The translations under genes were made by a program, and so were the position numbers. DNA of 61,642 bases, counting the filler, from Trichosphaerium sp. ATCC 40318 (Eukaryota > Protista > Tubulinea), in NCBI GenBank assembly GCA_038496445.1. It is 3 parts of 3 records of this genome, joined end to end, with 100 filler letters (N's around TTAATTAATTAA, not from the genome) between each part and the next. Parts side by side here need not be neighbours in the genome. Positions count along the whole stretch, not along the records: positions 58,629 to 61,642 come from JALMLS010000162.1; 2 more parts are not named here. One strand, 5' to 3'. This document shows positions 59,868 through 61,642 of this stretch, in pieces (position 1 is the stretch's first letter; each line of letters starts with the position of its first letter). Below the pieces are notes generated by a model, which had not been told where the DNA came from, made no database searches, and saw only the letters and a program-made list of their open reading frames with translations.

Positions 59868-61642
59868 ATTCACGTAATCTCTCGAAAACGTGGCGCAGAT
59901 CTCTTAGATGGTCTGCAAAGGTTTCGCTGTAGACGATGATATCATCTAAATAGACGAGACAGCAGAGCCATTCTAGACCATCTAAGACCTGATGCATCGC
60001 GCGTTGGAAATGCGCAGGTGCATTCGACAGGTCGAAAGGCATGGCGACAAATTGCCAAAGCCTCCCATCGGCCCGAAAGGCCAATTTTTGACGGTCTTTT
60101 GCTTTCACGGGGATCTGCCAGTATCCGGAAGTCAAATCCAGCGCCGATCGAAACGGACACGGCTTGATACTTTGCAGAAGCTCTTCAGCGTTCGGCATAG
60201 GGTAGGCATCCTTTATTGTGATGTTGTTCAATGGTGAAAAGTCAATGCAAAAACGCCATTGACCGTCCTCTTTTTCACCAACACGACAGGAAATGCCCAA
60301 CTGCTCAGACTAGATTCAATCGCAGCAATGCGATACATCTCCACAATTGAGTTGGAGATGATTTCCTGCGCAGCCGGCGGTTTTCTACCTCGGACTACGC
60401 GGACAGGAATTTTAGAGCAAGTTTTGATGGTGAAAGGATCCACCTTTGCTTGTCCAGCCTTCTTCAGCGGATTTTCAAATACATCGCCGAACTCAGTCAG
60501 TAATTTGATCATTTCTTCAATCTGATCAGATTTTAATCCGCGATTTGTCCAAATCTTAATCCAACCATTAAGATCGGTCAGAAATTGCTCCTCCTTGGCC
60601 GCAGTTTTCGCTGTTCGCGATTTGGCCGAGCGAGCATCAATATTTGACTGCGCTTGATTTCCCTGACAGAAGTTCCTTTGTCAACTCTGCCACAGCAGCA
60701 CCCGTCGCATCGACGATGTCGATCCCGTCGGCGATTTCTTCGGCAATGCCCAACGCGGTACCCTCGTTTAGAGTAATGTGGTTTTTGGAATTGTTCCACA
60801 ATTTCATCCGATAGTGCACGAATCCGTTGTGATTCCTTTTTTCGTGAATCACATTCGCGCGCAACAAACCTGTGGGAGATTTTCCACATCTCCTTTCTCC
60901 AGTAAGGCTCGTTTCGGGGAGTGTTTATCAATTGTTGGCGGGTCTTCACCCACACGATTTGAAATTCGCCTGGCAGCAATCTAATTCGTTTGGCAGTGAA
61001 GATCCGCCAACTTTGCAGTTGCTGCAATTGAACACTTCCAGTTCTAGTGTCCAATTTGAGGCGCAGTTTTTTGAGAGCCTTTCGGCCGAGTAAGCAACCC
61101 TCCGCCAATTTCTTCGTGACGAAGAGTGTGAGTTTTGCTTGACCCGTTGGATTGAGATTGCTACATCTATCGTTCCCAAAATTTTAACTGGTGCACCTTG
61201 GCAGTCGTCGACTTTCAGAGCACAAGCTTTAGGTGGTTCATCGCTGAGTTATCCAATCTGCTCACCAATCTTCTTGAATCAAGCTGATTGAAGCCTCAGT
61301 GTCGCAGAGGGCAACGATCGAATCTGCTTCAGATCGCAAAGAAATTCTATAATTTTTATCGTCCTGTAGAAGGGACGCATTTAAGACAATATGATAGTCT
61401 TTAAGAATTTCTTCTTTATTGAGCGTTTCCGGTTTGGATTTTCTCCATCCATTCAAAATCTGTAATCGGATTTCGTTTTCCACAACAACGGAAGTTTCCC
61501 GAGTGAGATCCCTTGGATGAAAATCCAAAGTGAAATCCTGAATGTCCGCGGGGGAATCTTTTTTGATACCCCAGATCTCCATTTGATCATCCACGCAGAA
61601 AATCCAAATCAGCCCAATTAGAATGTCTCCAGGGTACAAATT
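59868..61642 (-). mobile_element. Degenerate Gypsy pol (protease + RT) interrupted by the plus-strand element
   Basis: ALCDTEASISLI (protease, DTG>DTE); WAFPVVLVKK/DGQWRFCIDF (frameshift); LDLTSGYWQI, MPFDLSNAPAHFQ, YLDD. RT ends exactly at the LTR. Confidence 0.9.

Noticed and set aside
1-61642. Giant virus genome or endogenous viral element
   Set aside because: No capsid, packaging ATPase, polymerase or other NCLDV core gene seen. Dense spliceosomal introns and LTR elements indicate a eukaryotic nuclear genome.

Overview
AT-rich eukaryotic (protist/amoeba-like) genomic DNA with many short (~35-60 nt) spliceosomal introns, many with GC donors. It is not prokaryotic and probably not a pure viral genome. 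The window is three contigs joined by artificial 100-nt N/TTAATTAATTAA/N linkers (28908-29007, 58529-58628). Contig 1 (1-28907) holds a surface-protein gene interrupted by a 233-bp MITE, an EGF+7TM gene, F-box-MORN, LRR and F-box-LRR genes, two secreted 14-Cys-module genes, a DnaJ gene and a PH-PAS-STE20 kinase. It also holds a young, intact Ty3/Gypsy element (identical 156-bp LTRs, 5-bp TSD) with an extra 3' ORF carrying Pol II CTD-like heptads, inserted into the tip of an older solo LTR. Contig 2 (29008-58528) is almost entirely a tandem array of about 16 genes/pseudogenes plus relics from one BTB/POZ family. The main subfamily has an SV40-type NLS, a nearly invariant BTB domain and a rapidly diversifying C-terminal region I cannot assign, with mosaicism and gene birth-and-death. 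This is the best candidate for an undescribed system: a variable nuclear Cullin-3-adaptor/recognition repertoire. Contig 3 (58629-61642) holds two degenerate, nested Gypsy elements. Exon models were built by eye and the boundaries are approximate.
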